64,000 bases of DNA, taken from Candidatus Kaiserbacteria bacterium. GTDB taxonomy: Bacteria; Patescibacteriota; Minisyncoccia; Phycocordibacterales; JABAAK01. The stretch spans positions 10,556-74,555 of the forward strand of contig JAPOOC010000010.1 in the NCBI GenBank assembly GCA_026713605.1, read 5' to 3'. Positions 17,534 through 26,880 of this stretch are shown here, in pieces. The notes below the pieces were generated by a model. That model had not been told where the DNA came from and did not search any database. It was given only the letters and a program-made list of their open reading frames with translations. Within the stretch, counting starts at the first letter, position 1. Each line of letters begins with the position of its first letter. Position numbers and translations under genes: made by a program.

Positions 17534-18697
17534 TCATTGCGCAACAGGAACTGATTTTGGTCGTTTTATTTTTTTCTTAAACGCTTCAATCACCGGTAGC
17601 GTCCCCTCCGCAAGATAGGTGAGTAGCGATCCGCCACCAGTTGAGATAAACCTCCAGTCATCTAGAAGATCATGTTGTTCTAGTAGTGCAACTGTTTCAC
17701 CACCTCCAACAAATGAATATGCCTGTGTGTTGGCAACTAATCCTGATATCTCGGTTGTTTGTGTACAAAATCCTTTTTCACACCAACCAAGTGGCCCGTT
17801 CAATAGGATTGTTTTTGCATTTTCAAAATGGTGTTGCATCGCCTTGAGTGTTTTGCTTCCAACATCAACGATTATTTCATCAGGTTGCATTTCTTGTAAT
17901 GGTATCATTCTCGTTTCTGAAAAATCTTTTTTAGTAGCGATGACATCGTGCGGTGTTATGACATTTCTGCTGTTCAAAATGTTTTCTGCGATGGGTGTAC
18001 CATCCACCTTTGACGCACCGATCTGAAATCCTCGTTGTTTGAGGATGGCGTTCGCTATGACGCCGCCGACAAACACTGTTTCATACGATTCCAACAGTTG
18101 TTCGATGAGCGGTATTTTTGTTTCACACTTTGCGCCACTGATAATCGCAACAGCAGGTTTTTCTAATCGCTCTGTGAGGCGAAGAACTGCAGTCACCTCT
18201 TCGTAGAAGAGTATGCCTGCGTATGATGGTAGCTCGTTGATGAGTCCTACCGTTGACGCGTGCTCTCTGTGTGCTGCGGAGAAATCATCAAAAACAAATA
18301 TATCAGTTTGTGCTGCCACCTCTTCCACAAATAAATCATCGTTTTCTGTTTCTCTTGGGTCTGTCCTGGTGTTCTCGAGGAGTAGTGCTTCGCCGGGTTC
18401 TATATTTTTTCTTGCCTTGTATGCCATTTCTCCAACTAGCGCTGGGATGAAGGTGAGTGGTGTGATTTGACTCAGCGCACGGTGTACTGGTGCAAGTGAC
18501 TCTCCTTTTCTGCCAAGGTGCCCGATTACGGTGATCCGTGCGCCTTTTTCTTTGAGGAGTTTAATTGTTCGTGCAGTTTGCTGTAGACGGAATGCGCCCG
18601 TAACCTCTCCACCTTGCACTGGCACGTTGAGTGATGCGCGAAGCAGAACTCGTGCACCGTGTGGAATCTGTGCTTGCTGTATTGATGGGAATAGCAT
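17534..18697 (-). CDS. pgk: phosphoglycerate kinase
   Basis: 387 aa; R.SLNVP N-terminal motif and FISTGGGSLLTYLAEG C-terminal motif. Confidence 0.85.
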   Translation of the reverse strand: MLFPSIQQAQIPHGARVLLRASLNVPVQGGEVTGAFRLQQTARTIKLLKEKGARITVIGHLGRKGESLAPVHRALSQITPLTFIPALVGEMAYKARKNIEPGEALLLENTRTDPRETENDDLFVEEVAAQTDIFVFDDFSAAHREHASTVGLINELPSYAGILFYEEVTAVLRLTERLEKPAVAIISGAKCETKIPLIEQLLESYETVFVGGVIANAILKQRGFQIGASKVDGTPIAENILNSRNVITPHDVIATKKDFSETRMIPLQEMQPDEIIVDVGSKTLKAMQHHFENAKTILLNGPLGWCEKGFCTQTTEISGLVANTQAYSFVGGGETVALLEQHDLLDDWRFISTGGGSLLTYLAEGTLPVIEAFKKKIKRPKSVPVAQ

Positions 18698-18698
18698 A

Positions 18699-19433
18699 TT
18701 ACAAAGAGTGAAGGATGGCGTTGGCAGTGTCTGCGTTTGTGCTTGCTCTGCCGAGTAGGAAGCCGTTTACACCTGCGATCTCTAGTATGCCTTCCGCGTT
18801 TTCTGGGTTTACTGCGCCACCATACAGTATTGGGGTGTTTGGCATGGCGTGCTGGGAAAGTGTTGTGCGAATATGCTCTGTTACTTGTTTTATTTTTTCT
18901 GGTGCGAGCGCGTCTCGTGCGCCGATGTGTTGTGTTGGCTCATACGCTATGATGCAATGCTGTCTACTACCGTTTTTCTGTAATCCTTCCTTGTTTTGCT
19001 GTATAATTTCTTCTAATTGTTGTGCGACCTCTTCGCCATCTCCTTGTTCGTTTTCATCTTGTTCGCTCAGACATACTATTGGTATCAGATCAGACATTAG
19101 TGCGTGACTCACCTTGTCAGCGACCATTGCGTTCGTCACGCCGGCAGCGCGGGTTTCCGCATGCCCAACGATGACATGAGACACACCTGCCTCGTGTAGC
19201 TGTGCTCCTGCTATGTTTCCGGTTCTTGGGTTTTCAGCAGAGGTTGATATATCTTGCGCACCGAGTGCGATTTTTTTCCTGCGGACACTTTCTGCAATGG
19301 TGAGTGTGTGGAGTGCGGAAGGGCATACTACCACCTCCGCAGTGTCAGTTTCACTGAGTGCATCGGCAAGTGCCACTGCGTCACCAGCACTGATAATGTA
19401 GGTCTTCCAGTTATGGATAAGAAAAGGTTTCAT
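18699..19433 (-). CDS. tpiA: triosephosphate isomerase
   Basis: IHNWK, GHAETR, AYEPTQHIG and YGGAV motifs; 244 aa; 1-bp spacing from pgk. Confidence 0.85.
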   Translation of the reverse strand: MKPFLIHNWKTYIISAGDAVALADALSETDTAEVVVCPSALHTLTIAESVRRKKIALGAQDISTSAENPRTGNIAGAQLHEAGVSHVIVGHAETRAAGVTNAMVADKVSHALMSDLIPIVCLSEQDENEQGDGEEVAQQLEEIIQQNKEGLQKNGSRQHCIIAYEPTQHIGARDALAPEKIKQVTEHIRTTLSQHAMPNTPILYGGAVNPENAEGILEIAGVNGFLLGRASTNADTANAILHSL

Positions 19434-19507
19434 ATATATAATTGTACACCGAATATGCTCTGTTTTTCAGTTTGCTTATAATTAGATTTTGCGGTACAGT
19501 GTAGGTA

Positions 19508-19753
19508 ATGGCTAAAAAATGTCCAATTACGCAAAAAACAAGTTCCGTCGGTGGCGGGTATAGTAACCGTACTCGAGCAACAAAGTATAACCCAACTGGC
19601 AAGGTGCGAAAACAGACAAATATTCATACAAAAAAGGTGTTTGTGCCGTCGCTTGGTAAGACCATTAAAGTTGCGCTTACCACAAAAGGGCTTCGTGTTT
19701 TGAAAAAGAAAGGAGTTGAGAAGACATTGCGCAATGCGGGAGTTGTCTCATAA
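19508..19753 (+). CDS. rpmB: ribosomal protein L28
   Basis: MAKKCPITQK...G..YSN...TKGLRVLKKKG pattern of bL28. Confidence 0.7.
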   Translation: MAKKCPITQKTSSVGGGYSNRTRATKYNPTGKVRKQTNIHTKKVFVPSLGKTIKVALTTKGLRVLKKKGVEKTLRNAGVVS

Positions 19754-19765
19754 TGCACAGCGTTA

Positions 19766-20446
19766 CTACCATACGATTGGCTTTTTGTTGTGTTGCTTGA
19801 GGTATTCGTTCGCCTGACTGAAGTGCTTGCAGCCAAAAAAACCACTTGTAGCTGAATACGGGGAAGGGTGTGGCGCAGTGAGGATGCGATGTTTGCTTTC
19901 ATCTATGAGTGCCTGTTTTTGCTTTGCAAAATTGCCCCAGAGCATAAAGATGAGGTTCTCTTGTCTGTCTGAAAGCAGTTTGATGACATCATCAGTAAAC
20001 TGCTCCCAACCGATATTGCGGTGCGATGCGGGTTTGCGAGCTTCTACTGTGAGGATTGCGTTGAGGAGGAACACCCCCTGTGTTGCCCAACGCGTGAGAT
20101 CGCCGTCTGATGGTGGCGGTGTGCCGATGTCATCCTGTATTTCTTTGAAGATGTTCTGCAAGGACGGCGGGGAATGCACCCCTTCCGGGACCGAGAAGCA
20201 GAGTCCGTGTGCTTGCCCAGTGCCATGATAGGGGTCTTGCCCAAGTATGACGATCGCCACTTTATTAAATGGGCAGGAGTCAAAAGCGTTGAAGAGATTT
20301 TTTGGTTCCGGGTAAATTGTTTTGCTCAGGTTTTGATAGTGTTGTCGCACGGTATTCCGCAGATCTTGCACATACGGTTTGGTTAGTATCGGTGTTAGGT
20401 TTTCCTTCCACGACTGTTCAATTTTTATGTCTAATTTCTCGGTCAT
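19766..20446 (-). CDS. ung: uracil-DNA glycosylase (family 1)
   Basis: GQDPYHGTGQAHGLCFSV and HPSPYS motifs; the start is probably at MTEKL. Confidence 0.8.
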   Translation of the reverse strand: MTEKLDIKIEQSWKENLTPILTKPYVQDLRNTVRQHYQNLSKTIYPEPKNLFNAFDSCPFNKVAIVILGQDPYHGTGQAHGLCFSVPEGVHSPPSLQNIFKEIQDDIGTPPPSDGDLTRWATQGVFLLNAILTVEARKPASHRNIGWEQFTDDVIKLLSDRQENLIFMLWGNFAKQKQALIDESKHRILTAPHPSPYSATSGFFGCKHFSQANEYLKQHNKKPIVW

Positions 20447-21092
20447 TGTACATTTTTGGCAACATTGATTTTGGGTCCCACTGTCGCACCATTTCTTCAA
20501 GGTTCTCGGTGGTTTGGTATTTACTGCCTTGTTGTATATAATTATCCAGTTTTATTTCCCCCGTGTCAAAAAATACAATTTGGGCGATGCGTCTTCCTAC
20601 AATGATGGGGATGCGATGGTGCCTTGAGTTGTTTGTTACTTCCATTGTCCATCGGTTGGTATAGCCAACATCACCCCAGCCGGCGCACTTGCATACTTCA
20701 ATAAAGTTTCTTCCCCATGATGAGCGAGCTTTCATCATGGTGGTGATGTGGATTCTCCCCCCAACAAACTCTTCGGTGTGTGCCAGCACGGTCTCTCCCG
20801 GCTCTAAGACGATTACTTTATCATCTTCGGCAATGCCGGTGAACTCAAATGGCTCATTCTTAAACGCTTCTTTTGCCGGTTTTGCCTGTTGCGGTTCGGT
20901 ACCCCATACTTGTTCCACATCTTTTTGATTGCATGGATTGTATATGTCGTGTGTGTTGTTTTTTTCGGAAAAATAGTACTCCCCAAGCGTTACATCGTAG
21001 CTTGCGGTTGAGAGGTTTTCCTCCTTGAATGGAGTGATAACGATATGCCCTTTTTCCATCTCGTCAAGAATTCTCTTGTCTGATAATGCCAT
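20418..21092 (-). CDS. dcd: dCTP deaminase
   Basis: MALSDKRILDEMEKGHIVITPF...SYDVTLGEYY and ARSSWGRNFIEVCKCAGWGDVGY match Dcd; 29-nt overlap with ung. Confidence 0.75.
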   Translation of the reverse strand: MALSDKRILDEMEKGHIVITPFKEENLSTASYDVTLGEYYFSEKNNTHDIYNPCNQKDVEQVWGTEPQQAKPAKEAFKNEPFEFTGIAEDDKVIVLEPGETVLAHTEEFVGGRIHITTMMKARSSWGRNFIEVCKCAGWGDVGYTNRWTMEVTNNSRHHRIPIIVGRRIAQIVFFDTGEIKLDNYIQQGSKYQTTENLEEMVRQWDPKSMLPKMYNDREIRHKN

Positions 21093-21175
21093 ACTGTAGT
21101 ATACAATATGTTCAGTGCCGGTGAAAAATATATGGCTATCTGTGTTGCCAAAGAAACGCACCGACACTCTACTTG

Positions 21176-21248
21176 CCACCTGTAGCTCAATTGGTAGAGC
21201 ACTCGTCTTATACACGGGCGGTTCCTGGTTCGAGTCCAGGCGGGTGGA
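21176..21248 (+). tRNA. tRNA-Ile (anticodon TAT/UAU), C1:G72, no encoded CCA
   Basis: Acceptor CCACCTG/CGGGTGG, D-arm GCTCAATTGGTAGAGC, anticodon stem CTCGT/ACGGG with loop CTTATAC, T-arm CCTGGTTCGAGTCCAGG. Confidence 0.6.
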
Positions 21249-21319
21249 CTGAAGAGGTTGATGAGGTCATCTTTTCCGTAAAGGGATATTGTGTTTGTGA
21301 GGCATGCTATACTTTGCAT

Positions 21320-21898
21320 ATGATTACTCGTTATCCCTGTCTTGCAACTTACTTTTTCCTCACCCTGTGCATTGCTTTCAGTTTGTTTGTTGGGCAGGTG
21401 TTTGCATGTGAGGTTTCGTCTCATTATCTTCCACCAGAAGGCGACCTGCAACCCTCTGATGAAGTGCCGAGGGTGCTCCCTCGAGCGCCTTTCGGCGAGG
21501 GCGCACGGACAGAAAATGAGGTTGTTGAAGGGAAGAAGAGGTTTTTCACCTATCGGATTACCTATGATGCGTTTGACAATGTTGTTGCGATGGAGGCGGA
21601 TCTGCCGTTTGGATATACCCTTTCGGAACGGTTTGTATATCATGACAACCAGCACCCGTTTTATCATACGCCCACTGAAGAATGGCGCTGGTTTTCTAAC
21701 GAGCGAGAGTCCAGTGTTTCCTTGGTAGATAAAAATGGGAAGGAGATTGCTTCTGAGCGCAGGGTGTGTGGTACTGACGGTGCATTGATTGAGAAGACAC
21801 ACGGTGGCTCACGAATAGCGGCATATACTATACTTGTTATGCTCTCTGGCATCATTGGCATTGACCCACCTGAACGAAGTGAGGTTGTTGATTCATAG
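21320..21898 (+). CDS. secreted hypothetical protein
   Basis: Start at MITRYPCLATYFFLTLCIAFSLFVGQVFA (signal-peptide-like). The track ORF 21173..21898 overlaps the tRNA. Native GC content. Confidence 0.4.
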   Translation: MITRYPCLATYFFLTLCIAFSLFVGQVFACEVSSHYLPPEGDLQPSDEVPRVLPRAPFGEGARTENEVVEGKKRFFTYRITYDAFDNVVAMEADLPFGYTLSERFVYHDNQHPFYHTPTEEWRWFSNERESSVSLVDKNGKEIASERRVCGTDGALIEKTHGGSRIAAYTILVMLSGIIGIDPPERSEVVDS

Positions 21899-22051
21899 GG
21901 TTGTCGCGAAGGTAACTGCAAGTGGGGGGTGTTCCTGCCAATTGGGTTAAAAAGTTGTGATGGCGAGGGAAAACTCCTGTGATTTGCCTGTATACCTTAT
22001 TTTCAATGTTTTTACTGGTGAATTCCCTATAACCTTGCCAAGTTAAGAAAT

Positions 22052-23251
22052 TTGACAACTAAAGTAAAATTAGTACACTATACTTATATGTATGATAACA
22101 GCACACATAGAGGAAGCGAGGAGCGTCAACAGGGGTGTGAGATATTTTTTCTACAGGTAGGGGAAAATGATTCAGAGAGTAGTCAGAGTGGGGATGCTAT
22201 TGTTCTGACAATGGGCAATCGTTTCAGTAATAATAGGGATGATTATAAAATCATTGTGATTGATGGTGCGTTTACTCATGATGCGCAAACCGTTAAGAAG
22301 CACTTAAATCTTTTGGATGCAAAAAATGAAAATGACAAGTTACAGATTGATTTAATGGTTTCTACACATTCTGATCAGGATCACATAAGTGGTTTGATTA
22401 AGTTGGTGGAAGACGATGATGTTGAGATTAAAAAATTGTGGGTTCATGACTGTAATAAAATTACAGGCAATATTACATGCAGCGTTGATCAGGTAAAAAA
22501 TTTAATTTGGATTGCAGGAAAGAGGGGCATACCTATGGAAGAGCCATTTGCTGGTCTGTCATACAATCCTGATGATATAGATGCTTGTATAGAGGTATTA
22601 GGACCAACAGGAGAATACTATGAGGAATTAATGTGTTCTGTAGATAAGGTATATGTAAAAGGTAAGAGAAAGAACGCTTTTAGTGTTTTAGGAAGAGCTT
22701 GTGACGCATTGCGCAATAGTGTTGGCTCAATGCTTGAGCATGTATTTGATACAGAATTACTGAAAGACCCTGATGAAAATGCAACATCTAATAGTAATAA
22801 TTCTTCAGCAATTTTATTATTAAAATTTTTCAAAAATGATCAAGTGAGTGATCTTGCATTATTCACTGCTGATGCCGGTGTTCCAGCATTGGAGAAGGTT
22901 TTTCCGGCGCTTGAGGAGCATGGTTGGTCTGAATACAGTGTTAAAAGGTTTTTACAAATTCCACACCACGGGAGCAGAAGGAATGTTGGTCCAACACTTT
23001 TAGATGAGTTACTCGGCGAAAAGGAATTTAATTGTAGAAGAGGCTCCTGCTTTGTTTCTGCGCACGAGAAGGATGAGAGCCATCCGAAAGTGCAGGTACT
23101 CAATGCGTTTACAAGAAGAGGTTATAGAGATATTGAAGATATATATCCTGCTAAACGACATCATATGGGTGATACCCCATCAATTAATGGATGGGAGACT
23201 GCTGAGAAGATTGATTTACTGTTAGGAGAGGAGGAGGAAGAACACGATTAA
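22052..23251 (+). CDS. standalone ComEC-C-like metallo-beta-lactamase-fold hydrolase, first gene of the AT-rich island
   Basis: GDAIVLTMGN...YKIIVIDGAF; STHSDQDHISG (TH.D.DHI.G, as in the ComEC MBL domain at 41388..42263); IPHHGSRRN (HHGS motif). Confidence 0.55.
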   Translation: MTTKVKLVHYTYMYDNSTHRGSEERQQGCEIFFLQVGENDSESSQSGDAIVLTMGNRFSNNRDDYKIIVIDGAFTHDAQTVKKHLNLLDAKNENDKLQIDLMVSTHSDQDHISGLIKLVEDDDVEIKKLWVHDCNKITGNITCSVDQVKNLIWIAGKRGIPMEEPFAGLSYNPDDIDACIEVLGPTGEYYEELMCSVDKVYVKGKRKNAFSVLGRACDALRNSVGSMLEHVFDTELLKDPDENATSNSNNSSAILLLKFFKNDQVSDLALFTADAGVPALEKVFPALEEHGWSEYSVKRFLQIPHHGSRRNVGPTLLDELLGEKEFNCRRGSCFVSAHEKDESHPKVQVLNAFTRRGYRDIEDIYPAKRHHMGDTPSINGWETAEKIDLLLGEEEEEHD

Positions 23252-23253
23252 TT

Positions 23254-23754
23254 ATGAAAAGATTAATACAAATAATGACAACTTATAATTTATTAAATTA
23301 TCTATTGCCGGGCATCTTGTTTGTCATTTTTGCAAATCATTTTACCTCGTATTCCTTTTTACAAGAGAATTTGATAATAGGGGGTTTTTTGTACTATTTT
23401 ATAGGTATGGTAATTAGTCGAATAGGGTCGTTATTTATTGAGCCATTCTTAAAAAAAATTCGTTTTTTAAATTTTGCTAATTACAAAGATTTTATTTATG
23501 CTGGCAATAAGGATGAAAAAATAGGAGTTCTTTCTGAACAAAATAATCAATATAGAACCATTGTGGCATTTCTAGTATCAATTGGTTTACTGAAAGTGTG
23601 GGAATTATTTTCTGATTATTTGAACTTAAGCCAATTTGCGGAAGCGGTGATTATTTATGTGGTTCTTTTGATAATATTTTTAGTTTCGTATAGGAAACAA
23701 ACAAATTATATAAGGTCAAGGGTTGAGGCAAACAAAAAAGAGGGCGGGTCATAA
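23254..23754 (+). CDS. small 4-TM membrane protein, hypothetical (island gene)
   Basis: 166 aa with four hydrophobic helices; starts 3 nt after the MBL gene stop; AT-rich. Confidence 0.5.
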   Translation: MKRLIQIMTTYNLLNYLLPGILFVIFANHFTSYSFLQENLIIGGFLYYFIGMVISRIGSLFIEPFLKKIRFLNFANYKDFIYAGNKDEKIGVLSEQNNQYRTIVAFLVSIGLLKVWELFSDYLNLSQFAEAVIIYVVLLIIFLVSYRKQTNYIRSRVEANKKEGGS

Positions 23755-23886
23755 AATAAACATTACAGCCCACCTTGCTAAATTAAGAAAATCCACATAT
23801 TTTGATATAATTCAATATTTTTACCTTATACTATTAGTGTATGTGGTGTGCTATGTGCCGTTTTCTTTCTTCAGGTTTCTTTACTT

Positions 23887-25779
23887 GCTATGGTTGAGAA
23901 AAGTTACAAGATTGGCGAAGTGGCAGAGATGTTGGGGGTGCATGAGGACACCTTGCGAAATTGGGACGCGCATGGGTTGGTGGTGGCAGACAGAGTAGGG
24001 ACGAGGAAAGATAGGAGGTATACAGTGGAACACATAAAGCAGATAAAGGAGAAAGGGCTTGTGTCTGATCTTGCGAGGCGGCAGCCGAGCGGTCGGGATT
24101 ATTCGGATTATTCAAAGGAACAGTTGATTAAGGAGTTGCAAATATTGAAAGAACAGAGAAAGTACGGACTTGTGTGGGAAGATAAGCCGGAAGAGGTTGT
24201 TGAGATGTGTAAGACACAGGCACCCATCTTAAAATCAGTTCCAAAAATGAATGTTGCTGGAAGAAAAGGTGAGCAACGAAATATTATGATAGAGGGAGAT
24301 AACTACCATGCTTTGCAAGTTTTAAACTATACGCACAAAGGAAAGATTGATGTGATATATATTGATCCACCGTATAACACGGGAGCGAAAGATTGGAAAT
24401 ATAACAATGATTATGTTGAGAAAGAAGATGCCTTTCGGCACAGTAAGTGGATTTCAATGCTGTACAAAAGAATGTTATTGGCAAAGTCTTTATTAAAAAG
24501 TGATGGCGTAATGATAGTTACGATTGACGACCACGAATTATTTAGTCTTCTTGGGATTATTGAAGATCTTGATGCTACAACATTGGGTAGAGTTACCGTG
24601 TCAATTAAGCCAGAAGGCAGGCAACAAAGTAGATATGTGATGGAGTCCCATGAATATATTATATTTATGTCTTGGGGTGTACCTAAAATTAGAGGTCTAA
24701 ATATAAATTTCGGCTCAGATTTTACTGAGGAAGATGAAATTTCTAAATTTAAGTGGGAAGGGTTTATGCGTAGGGATGCTGGTCGTGAGGATAGAAGTTC
24801 AAATACTTGGTATCCAATTTATGTAGATCAGCAAGGCAATGTTAGTCTTAAGGAAAAACCAAACACGATTAAAGTGTTGCCTATAAATACAAAAGGCATT
24901 GAACGAGTCTGGCTTTGGTCAGAAGAAAGAGCACAAAAAGATATAAGTGAATTAAAAGCAGTGATCAGAAATAATCGAGCTACTGTTTACTACAAAAGGA
25001 GAGAGCAAGAGCGAGTTAAACCAACCTCAATATGGTTTGGTAGTAAATATAATGCAAATGCATACGGCACAAGACTCTTATCAAGAATCTTGCCGGAGAA
25101 CAATTTCGATTACCCAAAAAGCCTTTATTCTGTGCTGGATGCAATAGATTTATTTTTACCAAAAGATGGGTTGGTATTGGATTTCTTCGCTGGATCAGGA
25201 ACAGCAGGACACGCAGTGATGGAATTAAACAAGGAAGATAGCGGAAGTAGGCGATTTATCCTCTGCACAAATAACGAAAACAACAATGGTAACGGACATG
25301 GTGGGATTGCTGAGAGCGTGTGTCAGCCGAGGATTAAAAAGGTGATGAAGGGATATAAGAAAAATGGGAATGGAGAGAGGGTTGAGGGGCTTGGCGGCAG
25401 TTTGGAATACTTTAAAACAGAGTTTATTGATGTGGAGAATGTGAGTGATGTTCCAGACAAGAAAAGGTTGCGATTTACCCATGAAGCCGGACATGTGGTC
25501 GCTTTGAAAGAAAACGCGTTTACTGAGTTGGAGAAAAATAATTGGTATCAGATATTTACTGATGGATTAGATAAATATGTGGGTCTTTATTTTAGAGAAA
25601 ACATTGAAAAATTAGAGGATTTGGAACAAAAGATTTTAAACAGGGGAGAGGTAAAATTATATATATTTTCACATGGCGGCAGTGATGACTGGAAAAATGA
25701 CTATACAGAGCATGAAAATGTGATAGTTGAAGATATACCAGAGCCGATATTAAAGGTGTATAAAATTTTAAATAGTTAG
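23887..25779 (+). CDS. MerR-type HTH fused to an N6-adenine/N4-cytosine DNA methyltransferase (beta class; Type III Mod-like)
   Basis: YKIGEVAEMLGVHEDTLRNWDAHGLV MerR HTH; IYIDPPYNTG (motif IV) upstream of LDFFAGSGTAGHAV (motif I), the order typical of Type III Mod/beta-class MTases. Confidence 0.8.
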   Translation, partial: AMVEKSYKIGEVAEMLGVHEDTLRNWDAHGLVVADRVGTRKDRRYTVEHIKQIKEKGLVSDLARRQPSGRDYSDYSKEQLIKELQILKEQRKYGLVWEDKPEEVVEMCKTQAPILKSVPKMNVAGRKGEQRNIMIEGDNYHALQVLNYTHKGKIDVIYIDPPYNTGAKDWKYNNDYVEKEDAFRHSKWISMLYKRMLLAKSLLKSDGVMIVTIDDHELFSLLGIIEDLDATTLGRVTVSIKPEGRQQSRYVMESHEYIIFMSWGVPKIRGLNINFGSDFTEEDEISKFKWEGFMRRDAGREDRSSNTWYPIYVDQQGNVSLKEKPNTIKVLPINTKGIERVWLWSEERAQKDISELKAVIRNNRATVYYKRREQERVKPTSIWFGSKYNANAYGTRLLSRILPENNFDYPKSLYSVLDAIDLFLPKDGLVLDFFAGSGTAGHAVMELNKEDSGSRRFILCTNNENNNGNGHGGIAESVCQPRIKKVMKGYKKNGNGERVEGLGGSLEYFKTEFIDVENVSDVPDKKRLRFTHEAGHVVALKENAFTELEKNNWYQIFTDGLDKYVGLYFRENIEKLEDLEQKILNRGEVKLYIFSHGGSDDWKNDYTEHENVIVEDIPEPILKVYKILNS

Positions 25780-25780
25780 T

Positions 25781-26869
25781 ATGAAAAAAATAACATTAAA
25801 ACCATTTCAGATTAATATAATCAAAAGATTGGAAAATTTTTCTTTTCGGAAGTTTGTTGATCTTGATAATTTTTTCAATGTAAAAAATATCGTTTTATTA
25901 TTTGTATTTATCTGGCTTATTGTTGCTTTTTTGTTTATGCATAAAATCGAGATGGAATTATTATCACCTTTGATCAGGATTCTTAGTATTATTGGTTGGG
26001 GAACCATCGGATACTTTGTTATTTGTCATACTGCTGGCTATGGCCTGTATAAGAAAATAATTCCTTGGGGAGAACGAGGAGCGGTAATAAAAATTATTGG
26101 CGTGTGTGTTGGATTATCCATCGGTTGGGTTTTTACATTTTTTGTAAGATGGATGCATGCGCTGCTCTTGAGTGAGGTGCTCGTCATTAGTATTGCTACG
26201 GTATTTGCGATGTTATTTTCTTACCTCGTATTTAGATTTTTCAGATACAGTAATCAAAATATCAAGGGAGGTGTTGCTTACATAGATGGCAATAATTTGC
26301 ATAAGGGGAGTAGGCAATTGGGTTGGGTGTTGGATTATCAAAGATTCAGGCAGTGGTTGAAGGATAAGTATGATATAGAACGGGCAGTAATTTTTATTGG
26401 GTATTTGAAAAAAAATGAGAAATTGTATTCGGATTTGAGAAGTCAAGGTTACGAGCTTTGCTTTAAAGAAGTTTCTTATGGCAGAAGAGGAGAAATCAAG
26501 GGAAATGTAGATTCAGATTTGGTGCAGAAAGTAATGGAAGATTACTCGGAGGAAAAGTTAGGAGAAAATAGTGTTGTTATAGTTTCTGGTGATGGTGATT
26601 ATGCACCGAATATACGATTTTTAAAAAAGAAAGGATTATTTAGAGCGTTGCTTGCTCCATGTAATGAAAGTCAAATGAATAATGGTAAAAGATCTGGAGT
26701 TTCTGTGTTGCTAAAAAAATTAAATATACGAATTGATTACATTGGTAACCATAAAAATGTATTAGAGAAAAAGAAAAGGCGCCCAGCGAAGACGATACAT
26801 CGCAAGGCCCCAATTCATCGTGATAATAAAATTGTATCTAATAATGAGAAAAATGTCAATATTTCATAA
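25781..26869 (+). CDS. membrane-anchored NYN-domain (LabA/PIN-like) predicted ribonuclease
   Basis: About 4 TM helices in the N-terminal 170 aa, then AYIDGNNL...GNVDSDL...VIVSGDGDY NYN motifs. The first 11 aa (MKKITLKPFQIN) are shared with the next gene. Confidence 0.65.
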   Translation: MKKITLKPFQINIIKRLENFSFRKFVDLDNFFNVKNIVLLFVFIWLIVAFLFMHKIEMELLSPLIRILSIIGWGTIGYFVICHTAGYGLYKKIIPWGERGAVIKIIGVCVGLSIGWVFTFFVRWMHALLLSEVLVISIATVFAMLFSYLVFRFFRYSNQNIKGGVAYIDGNNLHKGSRQLGWVLDYQRFRQWLKDKYDIERAVIFIGYLKKNEKLYSDLRSQGYELCFKEVSYGRRGEIKGNVDSDLVQKVMEDYSEEKLGENSVVIVSGDGDYAPNIRFLKKKGLFRALLAPCNESQMNNGKRSGVSVLLKKLNIRIDYIGNHKNVLEKKKRRPAKTIHRKAPIHRDNKIVSNNEKNVNIS

Positions 26870-26880
26870 AGGAGAATAAT

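Noticed and set aside
20990-21802. 270-aa minus-strand ORF
   Set aside because: Overlaps tRNA-Ile and runs antisense to the dcd 5' end and the 21320..21898 gene; no motifs; typical spurious long ORF.
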